Of a stretch of DNA of 64,000 nt, positions 1 to 12,585 are shown piece by piece. The notes under the pieces are model-generated. The model was not told the DNA's origin. It ran no database searches and saw only the letters and a program-made list of their open reading frames with translations. This DNA comes from Chloroflexota bacterium. GTDB lineage: Bacteria > Chloroflexota > Dehalococcoidia > DSGV01. The translations under genes were made by a program, and so were the position numbers. How positions within the stretch are numbered: the stretch's first letter is position 1; the number at the start of each line of letters is the position of its first letter. The stretch lies in NCBI GenBank assembly GCA_021787985.1, contig JAJYLG010000006.1:7611-71610 (forward strand), written 5' to 3'.

Positions 1-2
1 GC

Positions 3-395
3 GATCGCGTCCCCGAAGAGGGAAAGCATCAGATCATCGACGCCGCCCTGGCGGATGCCCAGCCCGGCGCGCGGAACCTGGCGCGGCTGCTGGTGGAGAA
101 AGGGCGGCTGGAGAGCGCCCCGTCGCTGCTGGCATGTTTCCGCGACCTCGTCGACCAGGCGCGTGGCGTGGTCACGGCGCGGGTGACGACCGCGGTCGCG
201 CTGGGCGATGACGAGCAGGACGCGCTCCGCCGGCGTCTGGAAGCGCTGACCGGCAAGCGCGTGCGGCTGGAGCTCGGCGTGGACTCAGAGATCTTGGGCG
301 GATTGGTGGTCCGCATCGGCGATCGGCTGGTCGACGGCTCGGTGCGGTCGCGTCTCCTCGCGCTCAAGCGGTCGCTGGCCGGCGAGGCGGCATGA
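3..395 (+). CDS. atpH: ATP synthase F1 delta subunit (5' truncated by window edge)
   Basis: C-terminal motif VDSEILGGLVVRIGDRLVDGSVRSRL; lies upstream of atpA; frame open to window start. Confidence 0.92.
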   Translation, partial: DRVPEEGKHQIIDAALADAQPGARNLARLLVEKGRLESAPSLLACFRDLVDQARGVVTARVTTAVALGDDEQDALRRRLEALTGKRVRLELGVDSEILGGLVVRIGDRLVDGSVRSRLLALKRSLAGEAA

Positions 396-877
396 CCGAC
401 GCCGCACTGCCTTCCCGTGACGAGCTGGTGGCGCGGACGCGGGACGCGGACGAGCGGCTCGCGCGCCTGCTCGACGGGATCGATGCGGAGGCGGCGGACA
501 CCCAGGCTGGTGACGGCTGGCGGGTCAAGGACGTGGTGGCGCATCTTACCGCCTGGCTCGAGGAAAGCATTCGCCGGCTGAGCTTGCTGGCCGCCGGGCG
601 TGGCGCCGAGGTCCGTTTCTACGAGGAAACGGACGTGGAACGGCTCAACGCGCGCTGGCGAGCGGAGCGGGCAGGGCTGGCGTGGGGTGACGTCTTGTTC
701 GAGTACGATGACGCGCTCGGGCGGCTGCTGGAGGCGGTGACCGAGCTGAGTGATGAGGCTTACGCTGGAAGCGGGCTGGCGGTGCCGCCGGCGCGGTGGC
801 TGGCGAACAGCACCTATGTGCATATTGCGGAGCACCTGCCGATGGTCGAGGCGACGCCGGTGGCGCGGCAGGCCTGA
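392..877 (+). CDS. DinB/ClbS-like four-helix-bundle protein
   Basis: [13 protein letters not shown] and HIAEH motifs; ATGA overlap with atpH stop. Confidence 0.7.
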   Translation: MTDAALPSRDELVARTRDADERLARLLDGIDAEAADTQAGDGWRVKDVVAHLTAWLEESIRRLSLLAAGRGAEVRFYEETDVERLNARWRAERAGLAWGDVLFEYDDALGRLLEAVTELSDEAYAGSGLAVPPARWLANSTYVHIAEHLPMVEATPVARQA

Positions 878-894
878 GGCGGGCGGAGGACGGC

Positions 895-2406
<1,512 letters not shown>

Positions 2407-2702
2407 CCGGCATGTCCACCGACGGTGACGGCAGACGCGTCGCACCCGATCTTCGGGCCGGGTGAGGGTTGAAATGAAAGAAACGGGGATGGCGAAGCGG
2501 ATGCGGTCGTCCGCCCGGTCGCTGCGTGCCGACCGGGGGACCGCGAAACGGTCCATGGTGCGGCGGTAACGCCGGTCGGACCCGCGGCCGGTGCGGCGGT
2601 CCGGTCGCCGCATGACCGTAGACGTCGCCGTCGGGCGACGGTCGACCGAAGCGTGACGCACCCGGGCGGGGCGCGCGGCAGCACGTAGGAGGCGGCAACG
2701 GA

Positions 2703-3587
2703 ATGGCGAGCGAGCGAGAGATCCGGCGGCGCATCCGCGCGGTCACCAGCATGGCCAAGACGACCAACGCCATGCAGCTTGTCGCCGCCAGCAAGATGCG
2801 GCGGGCACAGGGGCGGGCGCTGGCGGCTCGGCCGTACGCGGGTCAGCTCCGCGCATTGCTGGCCGATGTGGCGGCGGTGGTCGCTGGGGCCACGGACGAG
2901 GGCGTGGACGAACGGGCGCTGCACCCGCTGCTGGAGCGGCGCACCGGTCCCCGTACGCTCATCCTGCACATCACCCCCGACCGCGGACTGTGCGGTGCGC
3001 TCCATGCCAACCTGAACCGCCGCACCGGCCAGCTCGCGCTGGAGCACCGGGGGAACGTCGGGATCGTGGCCGTGGGCCGCAAGGGGCGCGACTTCTTCGT
3101 GCGGCTCGGCCACCCGCTGATCGCCGAGTTCACCAAGCTGGGCGACTACCCGGAAATGGCGGACGTGCTGCCCATCACCCGGCTGCTGATGGACGAGTTC
3201 ACCGGCGGGCGGTTCGACCGGGTGGTGCTGGTGTTCGCCCGCTTCGTGAGCACGGTGACGCAACGCCCCGAGGTGCTCCATCTGCTGCCCATCGAACCAC
3301 CGGCCGGCGTGACGGGCGGCCACTTGGACTTCATTTGGGAGCCTTCCGCTGAGGCCGTGCTTTCCGAGCTGCTGCCACGCTACGTCGAGATGCAGGTCTA
3401 CGAGGCCGTGCTGGAGAACGCGGCAAGCGAGCAGTCGGCGCGCATGGTCGCCATGAAGAACGCGACCGACGCGGCCAAGGACATGGTCGACGCGCTCACG
3501 CTCGAGTACAACAAGGCGCGGCAGGACAGCATCACGCGCCAGCTTCTCGACATCGTCGGTGGCGTGGCGGGAGTGGGCCAGGGGTGA
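2703..3587 (+). CDS. atpG: ATP synthase F1 gamma subunit
   Basis: AMQLVAASKMRRAQ, DRGLCG, SEQSARMVAMKNAT, YNKARQDSIT. Confidence 0.97.
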   Translation: MASEREIRRRIRAVTSMAKTTNAMQLVAASKMRRAQGRALAARPYAGQLRALLADVAAVVAGATDEGVDERALHPLLERRTGPRTLILHITPDRGLCGALHANLNRRTGQLALEHRGNVGIVAVGRKGRDFFVRLGHPLIAEFTKLGDYPEMADVLPITRLLMDEFTGGRFDRVVLVFARFVSTVTQRPEVLHLLPIEPPAGVTGGHLDFIWEPSAEAVLSELLPRYVEMQVYEAVLENAASEQSARMVAMKNATDAAKDMVDALTLEYNKARQDSITRQLLDIVGGVAGVGQG

Positions 3588-4252
3588 GCGCCTTCCGCGC
3601 CGTCATCTTCGACATGGATGGGGTGCTGCTGGACAGCGAACCGTTTCACCACGCGGCGCTGAACGAGGTGCTGGCGGCCGACGGTCGGTCTGTCTCGGAC
3701 GAGGAGTACCGGCCGTTCATCGGCTCCGGGGAGATCCGCTGGGAGGACCTGGTGCGCCGTTTCGACCTGGTCGGCAGTCCTGGCGGGTACTGCCGGCAGT
3801 TCGACGACGCCGTCACGCGCCAGTATCGCGCTCGTTCGCGGCTCAACCCCGGCGCGGCCGAGCTGCTCGCGGGGCTACGCGAGGCGGCCGTGCCGCTGGG
3901 CGTCGCGTCCAACAGCAAGCGCAGGTGGGTCGACGCGGCGATCGAGACGCTGGGCATCGGCGGCCGCTTCCTCAGTGTGGTCGCGGCGGACGAGGTGACG
4001 AAACCCAAGCCGGCGCCGGACCTCTACCTGGCGGTGGCTGCCGGGCTCGGGGTGCCGCCCGCGGAGTGCATCGCGGTGGAGGACTCATTGCCGGGGGTGC
4101 AGTCAGCGCGCGCGGCGGGGACGTACGTGGTCGGCTACCGTACACCGCATACGACGGGGCTTGATCTCCCGGCGGATGAGGTGATTGACACGCTGTACGA
4201 ATTTCCGCTGGACCGACTGGCCGTCGACGTGGCGCTGCGGAAGGCCGGCTAG
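3584..4252 (+). CDS. HAD-family phosphatase (beta-phosphoglucomutase-like)
   Basis: IFDMDGVLLDSE, KPKPAPDLY, AVEDS motifs; GTGA overlap with atpG. Confidence 0.88.
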   Translation: MSAFRAVIFDMDGVLLDSEPFHHAALNEVLAADGRSVSDEEYRPFIGSGEIRWEDLVRRFDLVGSPGGYCRQFDDAVTRQYRARSRLNPGAAELLAGLREAAVPLGVASNSKRRWVDAAIETLGIGGRFLSVVAADEVTKPKPAPDLYLAVAAGLGVPPAECIAVEDSLPGVQSARAAGTYVVGYRTPHTTGLDLPADEVIDTLYEFPLDRLAVDVALRKAG

Positions 4253-5746
<1,494 letters not shown>

Positions 5747-5762
5747 CACGGGGAGGTCGTAG

Positions 5763-6209
5763 ATGCCCCTGCAGTTGCGCGTCATCACGGCAGAGCGCGT
5801 GGTGCTCGAGGAGACGGGGGTCGATGAGGTCCTCGCACCGGGGATGCTGGGCGAGCTCGGGATCCTGCCGATGCACGCGGCGCTCGTGACCACGCTGGCG
5901 CCGGGCGAGCTGCGCGTCAGCCGCGCGGGACAGGAGATGTCGCTGAGCGTGGCGGGCGGTTTTCTGGAAGTGAAGGACGACCGCGTGACCGTGCTCGCTG
6001 ACGCGGCGGAGCGGGCCGAGGAGATCGACGTGGCGCGCGCGGCGGCGGCGCGTCGCCGGGCGGAGGCGGCGCTGGCCTCGCGTCGCGGCGAGGTCGACTT
6101 GGCGGCGACAGAGGCCGCGTTGCGGCGCGCCGTCCTGCGCCTGCGCGTGGCCGAACGAGTGCGGCGGCGGCGCGGCGGCGGTTTGCCGCCGACCACCGGA
6201 ACGGACTGA
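5763..6209 (+). CDS. atpC: ATP synthase F1 epsilon subunit
   Basis: GELGILPMHA, GGFLEV, AERAEEID; follows atpD. Confidence 0.96.
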   Translation: MPLQLRVITAERVVLEETGVDEVLAPGMLGELGILPMHAALVTTLAPGELRVSRAGQEMSLSVAGGFLEVKDDRVTVLADAAERAEEIDVARAAAARRRAEAALASRRGEVDLAATEAALRRAVLRLRVAERVRRRRGGGLPPTTGTD

Positions 6210-6212
6210 ACG

Positions 6213-6956
6213 ATGGCTCGACCAGTGAAGAAACGCAGCACACCGGCGCGGCGCGCCGCGGACGCCCGGCGCAGGTTCATCATCCTGGGCGGGATCTCCG
6301 TCGTCGCGGCGATCTTCGTCGCGGCGCTGGTCCTCATCGTCGTGCAGAGCGGCTCCTCGTCCGGCTCCTCGGCCAAGACGACGGCGGTGCCGACGATCGA
6401 CGTGCCGCGGAATGGGACCACGCTGGGGTATCCCGACGCGCCGGTGACGATCAACGAGTACGCCGACTACCAGTGCCCGTACTGCGGCGAGTTCGCCCGC
6501 AACATCCAGCCACAGGTGATACAGCAGCTTGTCGCCACGAAGAAGGCGAAGCTCGTGTTCCACGACTATGCATTCATTGGGCAGGAGTCGCTCGACGCCG
6601 CGGTCGGGGCGCTGTGCGCCGACCAGCAGGGCAAGTTCTGGGAGTACCATGACACGCTGTTCGCCAACCAGGACGGGGAGAACCGCGGCACGTTCAGCCC
6701 GTCGAAGCTGCGGGGCTTCGCGAGCCGCCTCGGCCTGGACATGACCAAGTTCGACGCCTGCTTCAACAGCGCCGATATGACCGCGCGGGTGATGCAGGAG
6801 AATCAGGCGGCCCGGGCGCTCGGGGTGCAGGCCACGCCGACGTTCTTCGTGGGCAACCAGGTGCTGCGAGGTGTGCCAACGATCCAGGAGCTCGTTCGGG
6901 CGGTGAACCAGGTGGCCGGCGCGGCCCCGCCCACGGGGACGCCGGCGGGCAAATGA
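6213..6956 (+). CDS. Membrane-anchored DsbA-family thiol-disulfide oxidoreductase
   Basis: N-terminal TM; EYADYQCPYC; GVQATPTF cis-Pro loop. Confidence 0.9.
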   Translation: MARPVKKRSTPARRAADARRRFIILGGISVVAAIFVAALVLIVVQSGSSSGSSAKTTAVPTIDVPRNGTTLGYPDAPVTINEYADYQCPYCGEFARNIQPQVIQQLVATKKAKLVFHDYAFIGQESLDAAVGALCADQQGKFWEYHDTLFANQDGENRGTFSPSKLRGFASRLGLDMTKFDACFNSADMTARVMQENQAARALGVQATPTFFVGNQVLRGVPTIQELVRAVNQVAGAAPPTGTPAGK

Positions 6957-7432
6957 GTGCGCGCGCCGACGCCCCGGCCGCGCAGGGCGGGAGCCGCTTG
7001 CGCGCTATCGCGCGGGCGCCGCGGGCATGGATCGTCGCGCTCGGCATCCTCGGCGTGGTCGACAGCATCTACCTGATCTACATCCACTACTCGGCCAGCT
7101 CGCCCTTCTGCAGTGGAGTTGGTGACTGCGAGACCGTCAACACCAGCAGGTACGCCACGATGGCCGGCGTTCCGGTGGCCGTCCTCGGGCTGTTGGCGTA
7201 CGTCGTGTTCATCGGCCTGCAGCTCACGGCGCTGCGCCGTCCGGCGTCCGCGGCGCGGGCGGCCATCGCGACGTTCGCGCTGGCGTTCACTTCGCTCCTG
7301 TTCTCGTTGTGGCTGCTCTACGTGGAGCTGTTCGTCCTGCACGCGATCTGCCCGTACTGCGTCGTCTCGCTGGGGCTCATCACGGCGATCACGGTGGTGA
7401 GCGTTTGGCCGGCGTGGCAGGCGCTGGGGTGA
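6953..7432 (+). CDS. Vitamin K epoxide reductase (VKOR) family membrane protein
   Basis: Loop C-x5-C (CSGVGDC), SRYA, CPYC in last helix; coupled to dsbA. Confidence 0.9.
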   Translation: MSARADAPAAQGGSRLRAIARAPRAWIVALGILGVVDSIYLIYIHYSASSPFCSGVGDCETVNTSRYATMAGVPVAVLGLLAYVVFIGLQLTALRRPASAARAAIATFALAFTSLLFSLWLLYVELFVLHAICPYCVVSLGLITAITVVSVWPAWQALG

Positions 7433-7483
7433 GACGCATCGCGTTTGCGGCCACAGATCCTGCGCCCGTATGCTCAAACCGCC

Positions 7484-8764
7484 ATGTATGACGTCCACCC
7501 GCTAGACCACTATGAGATTCACGGCGGCCGTCCGCTGCGCGGCCGCGTGACGATCAGCGGCGCGAAGAACGCGGCGCTGCCGATGATGGCGGCAGCGTTG
7601 CTGACGGGGCGGCCGGCCGAGCTGCGGCGTGTACCGGACATCGTCGACGTCCGAGTGATGATCGAGATCCTGCGGGCCGTGGGTGCGATGGTGGAGACCG
7701 ACGAGCCGGGCACGCTGCGCGTTGACGCGCGGGACGCCCAGCCGATGGCCGCTCCCGCCGGGATGGTGCAGGCGCTGCGGGCTAGCTTCCTGCTGATGGG
7801 CGCGATGCTCGCCCGTTTTGGCCGCGCGAGCTGCGCCCCTCCGGGCGGGGACGTGGTCGGCCAGCGGCCGCTCGACGTGCACCTGCACGGCTTTGCCGCG
7901 CTCGGCGCTGCGGTGGAGCGTGAGGGCGATCACTTCATCGCACGGGCCCCAGCCGGGCTGCGCGGCGCACGCATCTTCCTTGACTATCCGAGCGTGCTGG
8001 GGACGGAGAACCTGCTGATCGCCGCCTCGCTGGCACGCGGCACGACGGTGCTGGTCAACGCGGCCGCCGAACCAGAGGTGGCCGCGCTGGCGGGGATGCT
8101 CAACGCCATGGGAGCGCGAATCCGCGGTGCGGGGACGCACACCATCGAGATCGTGGGCGTGTCGGAGCTGGGCGGCGTCGCCGCGGAGGTCATCGCGGAC
8201 CGGATCGAGGCCGGCACGTACGCCATCGCGGGCGTGCTCGGCGGCGGGCCGATCACCGTCGAGGGAGTCGAGCCGCTCCACATGGATGCGCTGCTGTTCA
8301 AGCTGGGCGAGGCGGGCGCGCACGTGGAGCGGGGGGGCGATTGGGTGACGGTGGCGAGCGGCGAGCGCCTGAGCGCGGTCAGCGTGCAAGCGCTCCCCTA
8401 TCCCGGCCTGGCCACGGACCTGCAGGCGCAGGTCGCGGTGCTGCTCACTCAGGCAGAAGGCGTGAGCCTGGTGCACGAGCGCGTCTTCGACAACCGCATG
8501 CTATACATCTCCGAGCTGCGCAGTCTCGGGGCCGAGGTGGTCTCCACGGGCAGCACGGCGATCATCCGCGGACCAACCCACCTGACGGGCGCCTCCGTGC
8601 GCGCGCTCGACCTGCGGGCCGGGGCAGCGCTCATCCTCGCCGGGCTGGTCGCGCAGGGTGTGACCGCGCTGCACGACATCTACCACCTCGACCGCGGCTA
8701 CGAACGGCTCGAGCAGAAGCTGCAGGGGCTGGGCGCCGACGTGCGCCGGGTCCGGAACGATTGA
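7484..8764 (+). CDS. murA: UDP-N-acetylglucosamine 1-carboxyvinyltransferase (Asp in place of the catalytic-loop Cys)
   Basis: SGAKNAALP, LRASFL, PGGD..GQRP.DVH, DRIEAGT, DLRAGAAL, DRGYE. Confidence 0.95.
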   Translation: MYDVHPLDHYEIHGGRPLRGRVTISGAKNAALPMMAAALLTGRPAELRRVPDIVDVRVMIEILRAVGAMVETDEPGTLRVDARDAQPMAAPAGMVQALRASFLLMGAMLARFGRASCAPPGGDVVGQRPLDVHLHGFAALGAAVEREGDHFIARAPAGLRGARIFLDYPSVLGTENLLIAASLARGTTVLVNAAAEPEVAALAGMLNAMGARIRGAGTHTIEIVGVSELGGVAAEVIADRIEAGTYAIAGVLGGGPITVEGVEPLHMDALLFKLGEAGAHVERGGDWVTVASGERLSAVSVQALPYPGLATDLQAQVAVLLTQAEGVSLVHERVFDNRMLYISELRSLGAEVVSTGSTAIIRGPTHLTGASVRALDLRAGAALILAGLVAQGVTALHDIYHLDRGYERLEQKLQGLGADVRRVRND

Positions 8765-8774
8765 GGCAACCAGG

Positions 8775-9812
8775 ATGATGCTTGCGAAGAAGGTGGGCGT
8801 GGACCTGGGCACGGCGAACGTGCTGGTCTATGTCCGGGGCCGGGGCATCGTCATCGACGAGCCCGCGGTGGTCGCGCTCTCCGTACGCGACAACACGGTG
8901 GTCGCGGTTGGCAACGAGGCGCGCTCGATGATGGGTCGTACGCCGGGCGGCATCCAGGTGATTCGGCCGATGCGTGACGGCGTGATCGCCGACTACCTGA
9001 TCACCGAGGCGATGCTGCGCTACTTCATCGGCAGGGTGATGGGTCGCTTCTCGCTCATCAAGCCGGAGGTGATGATCTGCGTCCCGGCGGGCGTGACGAG
9101 CGTGGAGCAGCGGGCGGTGCGTGACGCGGCCGAGCAGGCCGGCGCACGCAAGCCCGCGCACCTGGTGCCGGAGCCGCTCGCGGCGGCGATCGGCGCGGGC
9201 ATCCCGGTGGGCTCGGCGCGCGGCCACATGGTGGTCGATATCGGGGGCGGTCGCACCGAGGCGGCGGTCATCTCGATGTACGGCGTGGTGGTCAGCGCGT
9301 CGGCGCGTATGGCCGGCGACCGGCTCGACGATGCGATCGCCTCCTACGTCAAGCGGCGGCACAACCTGATCGTGGGCGACCGCACCGCCGAAGAGGTGAA
9401 GATCGCTGTCGGCTCGGCGTTGCCGGTGGACGAGGGGCTCGCCTGCGCCGTGCGTGGGCGCGACCAGATCACCGGCCTGCCGAAGACGATCACGGTAACC
9501 TCGGTCGAGATCGCCCAGGCGATCCAGGACCATCTCGCCACGATCGTGCAGGCGGTGAAATCGGTGCTGGAGCGCACGCCTCCCGAGCTGGCCAGCGACG
9601 TGATGGACCACGGCATCGTGCTCACCGGCGGTGGCGCGCTGCTGCGCCACCTGGATGAGCTGCTCACGCAGGAGTGCGGCGTGCCGTGCTACGTGGCCGA
9701 CGCGCCGCTACAGTGCGTGGCGATCGGCGCGGGCGTGGCCCTCGAGCACCTGGATCTGGTCAAGCGCAACCTACCGACGGAGTCGGAGTCGCTGGTGGCG
9801 AGCTACAACTAG
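8775..9812 (+). CDS. mreB: Rod shape-determining actin-like protein MreB/Mbl
   Basis: DLGTANVL, PMRDGVIAD, VDIGGGRTE, GIVLTGGGALL. Confidence 0.93.
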   Translation: MMLAKKVGVDLGTANVLVYVRGRGIVIDEPAVVALSVRDNTVVAVGNEARSMMGRTPGGIQVIRPMRDGVIADYLITEAMLRYFIGRVMGRFSLIKPEVMICVPAGVTSVEQRAVRDAAEQAGARKPAHLVPEPLAAAIGAGIPVGSARGHMVVDIGGGRTEAAVISMYGVVVSASARMAGDRLDDAIASYVKRRHNLIVGDRTAEEVKIAVGSALPVDEGLACAVRGRDQITGLPKTITVTSVEIAQAIQDHLATIVQAVKSVLERTPPELASDVMDHGIVLTGGGALLRHLDELLTQECGVPCYVADAPLQCVAIGAGVALEHLDLVKRNLPTESESLVASYN

Positions 9813-10459
9813 GCGCCGCTCGGGACCGGGTCCGCCTCCGCCGACTTGAGGTAGTAGGTCATCGACTGGAGCTGCAGGACCGGGTCCACCGTGCGGACGT
9901 GCACGGGCGCCGGTACCCGCAGCGTGGCGGGCGCGTAGTTCAAGATCGAGAAGATGCCGCACTCCACCAGCCGATCGGCCACGGCCTGCGCGGCGCGGGC
10001 GGGCACGGCAATGATGCCGATGTCGACCGGGCTACGCCCGAGCTCGTCCGGGAGAACGGCGATGTCGTGCACCGGCACGCCATCGATCACGGTCCCCACG
10101 ACCCGCGGGTCGGCGTCGAAGGCCAGCGCCACGTCGAATCCCTGGCGGGCGAAGCCATCATAGGCGAGGATGGCGCGGCCGAGGTGGCCGACGCCCACGA
10201 GTGCCATCCGCCAGCGGCGGTCGAGGCCGAGGATGGAACGGAGCTGTCCGACGAGCGCCGCGATGGCGTAGCCGCGGCCCTGTTTGCCGAAGCGACCGAA
10301 GTAGCTCAGATCCTTGCGGATCTGGGCGGGGGTGACGCCCAGCAGGTCGCCCAGCTCGCGAGAGCTGATCACCTCCTGCCCCGCGCCCACGAGGAGCTCC
10401 AGGGTGCGCACGTAGAGCGGCAGCCGCTCGATCACGACCTCCGGTATCTCGTCCGTCAT
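9809..10459 (-). CDS. rex: Redox-sensing transcriptional repressor Rex
   Basis: RLPLYVR, QIRKDLSYFGRFGKQGRGY, GVGHLG Rossmann motif. Confidence 0.95.
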   Translation of the reverse strand: MTDEIPEVVIERLPLYVRTLELLVGAGQEVISSRELGDLLGVTPAQIRKDLSYFGRFGKQGRGYAIAALVGQLRSILGLDRRWRMALVGVGHLGRAILAYDGFARQGFDVALAFDADPRVVGTVIDGVPVHDIAVLPDELGRSPVDIGIIAVPARAAQAVADRLVECGIFSILNYAPATLRVPAPVHVRTVDPVLQLQSMTYYLKSAEADPVPSGA

Positions 10460-10487
10460 CGTTGCTTCCAGCCCCGGCCGTAGCGGA

Positions 10488-10505
10488 TTGTTCTTTGATG
10501 CACAA
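10488..10505 (-). promoter_or_regulatory. Putative Rex operator (autoregulation)
   Basis: Minus strand reads TTGTGCATCAAAGAACAA, an 18-bp TTGT-N10-ACAA like the Rex box, just upstream of rex. Confidence 0.55.
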
Positions 10506-10633
10506 TCCTAGGCGCAGCGACGCGAAACGATCAACTTCGCCGGCCACTGGCCGGGCGCGCATCGCGGCAGACGTGGGCGGTGGGTCGTGGTAACCTGCCC
10601 GCACGACGCCAAGCGCGTACGAGGAGGGGACCA

Positions 10634-11748
10634 ATGAAGTTCGGCGTCTTCTACGAGCTCTCCGTGCCACGTCCCTGGGACCGCGAGTCCGAGCGGACCG
10701 TCTACGAACGCGCCCTCGAACAGGTGCGACTGGCCGATGAGCTGGGGTCCGAGCAGGTCTGGGCGGTGGAGCATCATTTCCTGGAGGAGTACAGCCACTG
10801 CTCGGCGCCGGAGATCTTCCTGACCGCATGCGCGATGCAAACGAAGCGGATCCGCGTGGGACACGGGATCGTCGTGTGCGTCCCGCAGTTCAATCACCCG
10901 GTCCGTGTCGCCGAACGCGCCGCGGTGCTCGACCTGATATCCGGCGGGCGGTTGGAGTTCGGCACCGCCGGTCGGCGACCTGGACCGAGCTGGGTGGCTT
11001 CCAGGCGAACCCGGACGAGACGAAGAAGACGTGGGACGAGTTCGTGCGGGTCATCCCGAAGATGTGGACGCGCGAGCGGTTCGGCTACGAGGGCCGGGCC
11101 TTCTCCATGCCGGTGCGCGCCGTGCTCCCCAAGCCATACCAGAAGCCTCACCCGCCGATGTGGGTGGCCGTCACCAGCCCGGGCACCGAGCTGGACGCGG
11201 CCGAACGCGGCCTGGGCGCGCTGGGACTGCAGTTCTCCAGCTTCAGCGAGCAGGAGCGCAAGGTGGCGGAGTACCGCCGTCACATCCGAGGTTGCGAGCC
11301 GGCGGGCGAGTTCGTGAACGAGCAGGTGGCCACGGTGAACTTCCTCTTCTGCCACGAGGACCTGGCCCAAGGTGTGGAAACGGGCAAGAGGCTTGCCGGC
11401 AGCTTCAACTACATGGCCGCGCAGCTCCTGCCGGCCCGCGAGGCGTTTCCCGCGCGGTCCTACCCGTCGTTGGGACTGCTGCCGCAGCTCCGGCAGGAGG
11501 CCGCCGGCCCGGGCGACGCGTCCGGCGCGCCCGAGGGGCTGTGCATCGGTGACCCGCATCGCGTCATCGAGGTTGTCAAGAAGTGGGAGTCCGTCGGAGT
11601 GGACCGGATCAACTTCCTGCTCAACTGCCTCGAGACGGTGCCGCAGGAGGAGGTGCTGGCGAGCCTGCGGCTGTTCGCCCGCGAGGTCATGCCACACTTC
11701 CGCCAGCCGGAGTCGCGGGCGGCCGGCTCGGCCCTGGGGGTGCACTGA
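10634..11748 (+). pseudogene. LLM-class flavin-dependent oxidoreductase, split by an apparent 1-nt deletion near 10967
   Basis: MKFGVFYEL..WAVEHHF..SGGRLEFGT in one frame continues as RSATWTELGGF..PKPYQKPHPP in another; one extra G restores GTGRS. Confidence 0.75.
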
Positions 11749-12503
11749 TGCCGCTCTTCGGCGTGCGTGATGTCGGGCCGCTCCTCGACGGCGTGGCCGT
11801 CATGCCGGACCTGGCGACCGAGCCGCTGACGCTGCCCGGCGCCGATGTGCTGCAGGCGATGTTCGAGATCGACGACGCCGTGATGCTGGAGCTGCTGCCG
11901 AAGGCGCTGCACCCGACGATCCCACCCACCGTGACGTTCGTGCTCTGGCGTTGCCCGGAGAGCCCGGTCGGGCCGTTCAACCTCGCCCAGGTCCGCATCG
12001 GCTGCCGGGCGGGAGTGCGGCCGCGCGGCTTCCTGGCGGCGTCGCGCTGCGACTCGCAGGCCGCGGCCGACCTGCTGCGCGCTCGCTGGGGGTTCGACTG
12101 CCGGCCGGGAGTGGTGCGGCTGCGGCGCTACCACGACCGCGTCGTCGGCTCCGTGGTGGTGAACGACGAGACGGTCCTGCAGGTGGGGCTGGTCGACCCC
12201 ACCCCGATCTCGGGCGGCGACCTCCAGTATGCGGCCAACATGAACCTGGCGCGCGTGCGCCGCGAATCGGGCGAACGGCCCTTGCTGGTGCAGGTGGATC
12301 CCGAATACACGTTCCAGCGTGCAGACCGTGGGCGGGCGACACTCGACGTCTTCGTGCCCGGCGCGTGGCAGGCGGAGGGCGTGCGGCCGGTCTATCCGGT
12401 GGCCGCGTCGCACAGCCGGTGTGACCTGACGCTGCCGGCCATCCGGTTCGTGACGGACCCGGAACGGCCTGCGCTACAGGCAACCGAGCACGTGGGCGGC
12501 TGA
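11748..12503 (+). CDS. Acetoacetate decarboxylase-like family protein
   Basis: LLPKALHP..CPESPVGPFNLAQVRIGCR pattern; TGATG overlap with LLM gene. Confidence 0.65.
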   Translation: MPLFGVRDVGPLLDGVAVMPDLATEPLTLPGADVLQAMFEIDDAVMLELLPKALHPTIPPTVTFVLWRCPESPVGPFNLAQVRIGCRAGVRPRGFLAASRCDSQAAADLLRARWGFDCRPGVVRLRRYHDRVVGSVVVNDETVLQVGLVDPTPISGGDLQYAANMNLARVRRESGERPLLVQVDPEYTFQRADRGRATLDVFVPGAWQAEGVRPVYPVAASHSRCDLTLPAIRFVTDPERPALQATEHVGG

Positions 12504-12585
12504 CGGTCGGGCGGTGATTGCGCGCCAGCCAAGGCCTGGCGGCACCCGCCGGGTCAGCAGGGAAACGGGCTGAGAAGGGGGACAC

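Noticed and set aside
10960-10980. Programmed frameshift in the LLM gene
   Set aside because: No slippery heptamer or stimulatory signal; a simple indel is more parsimonious.
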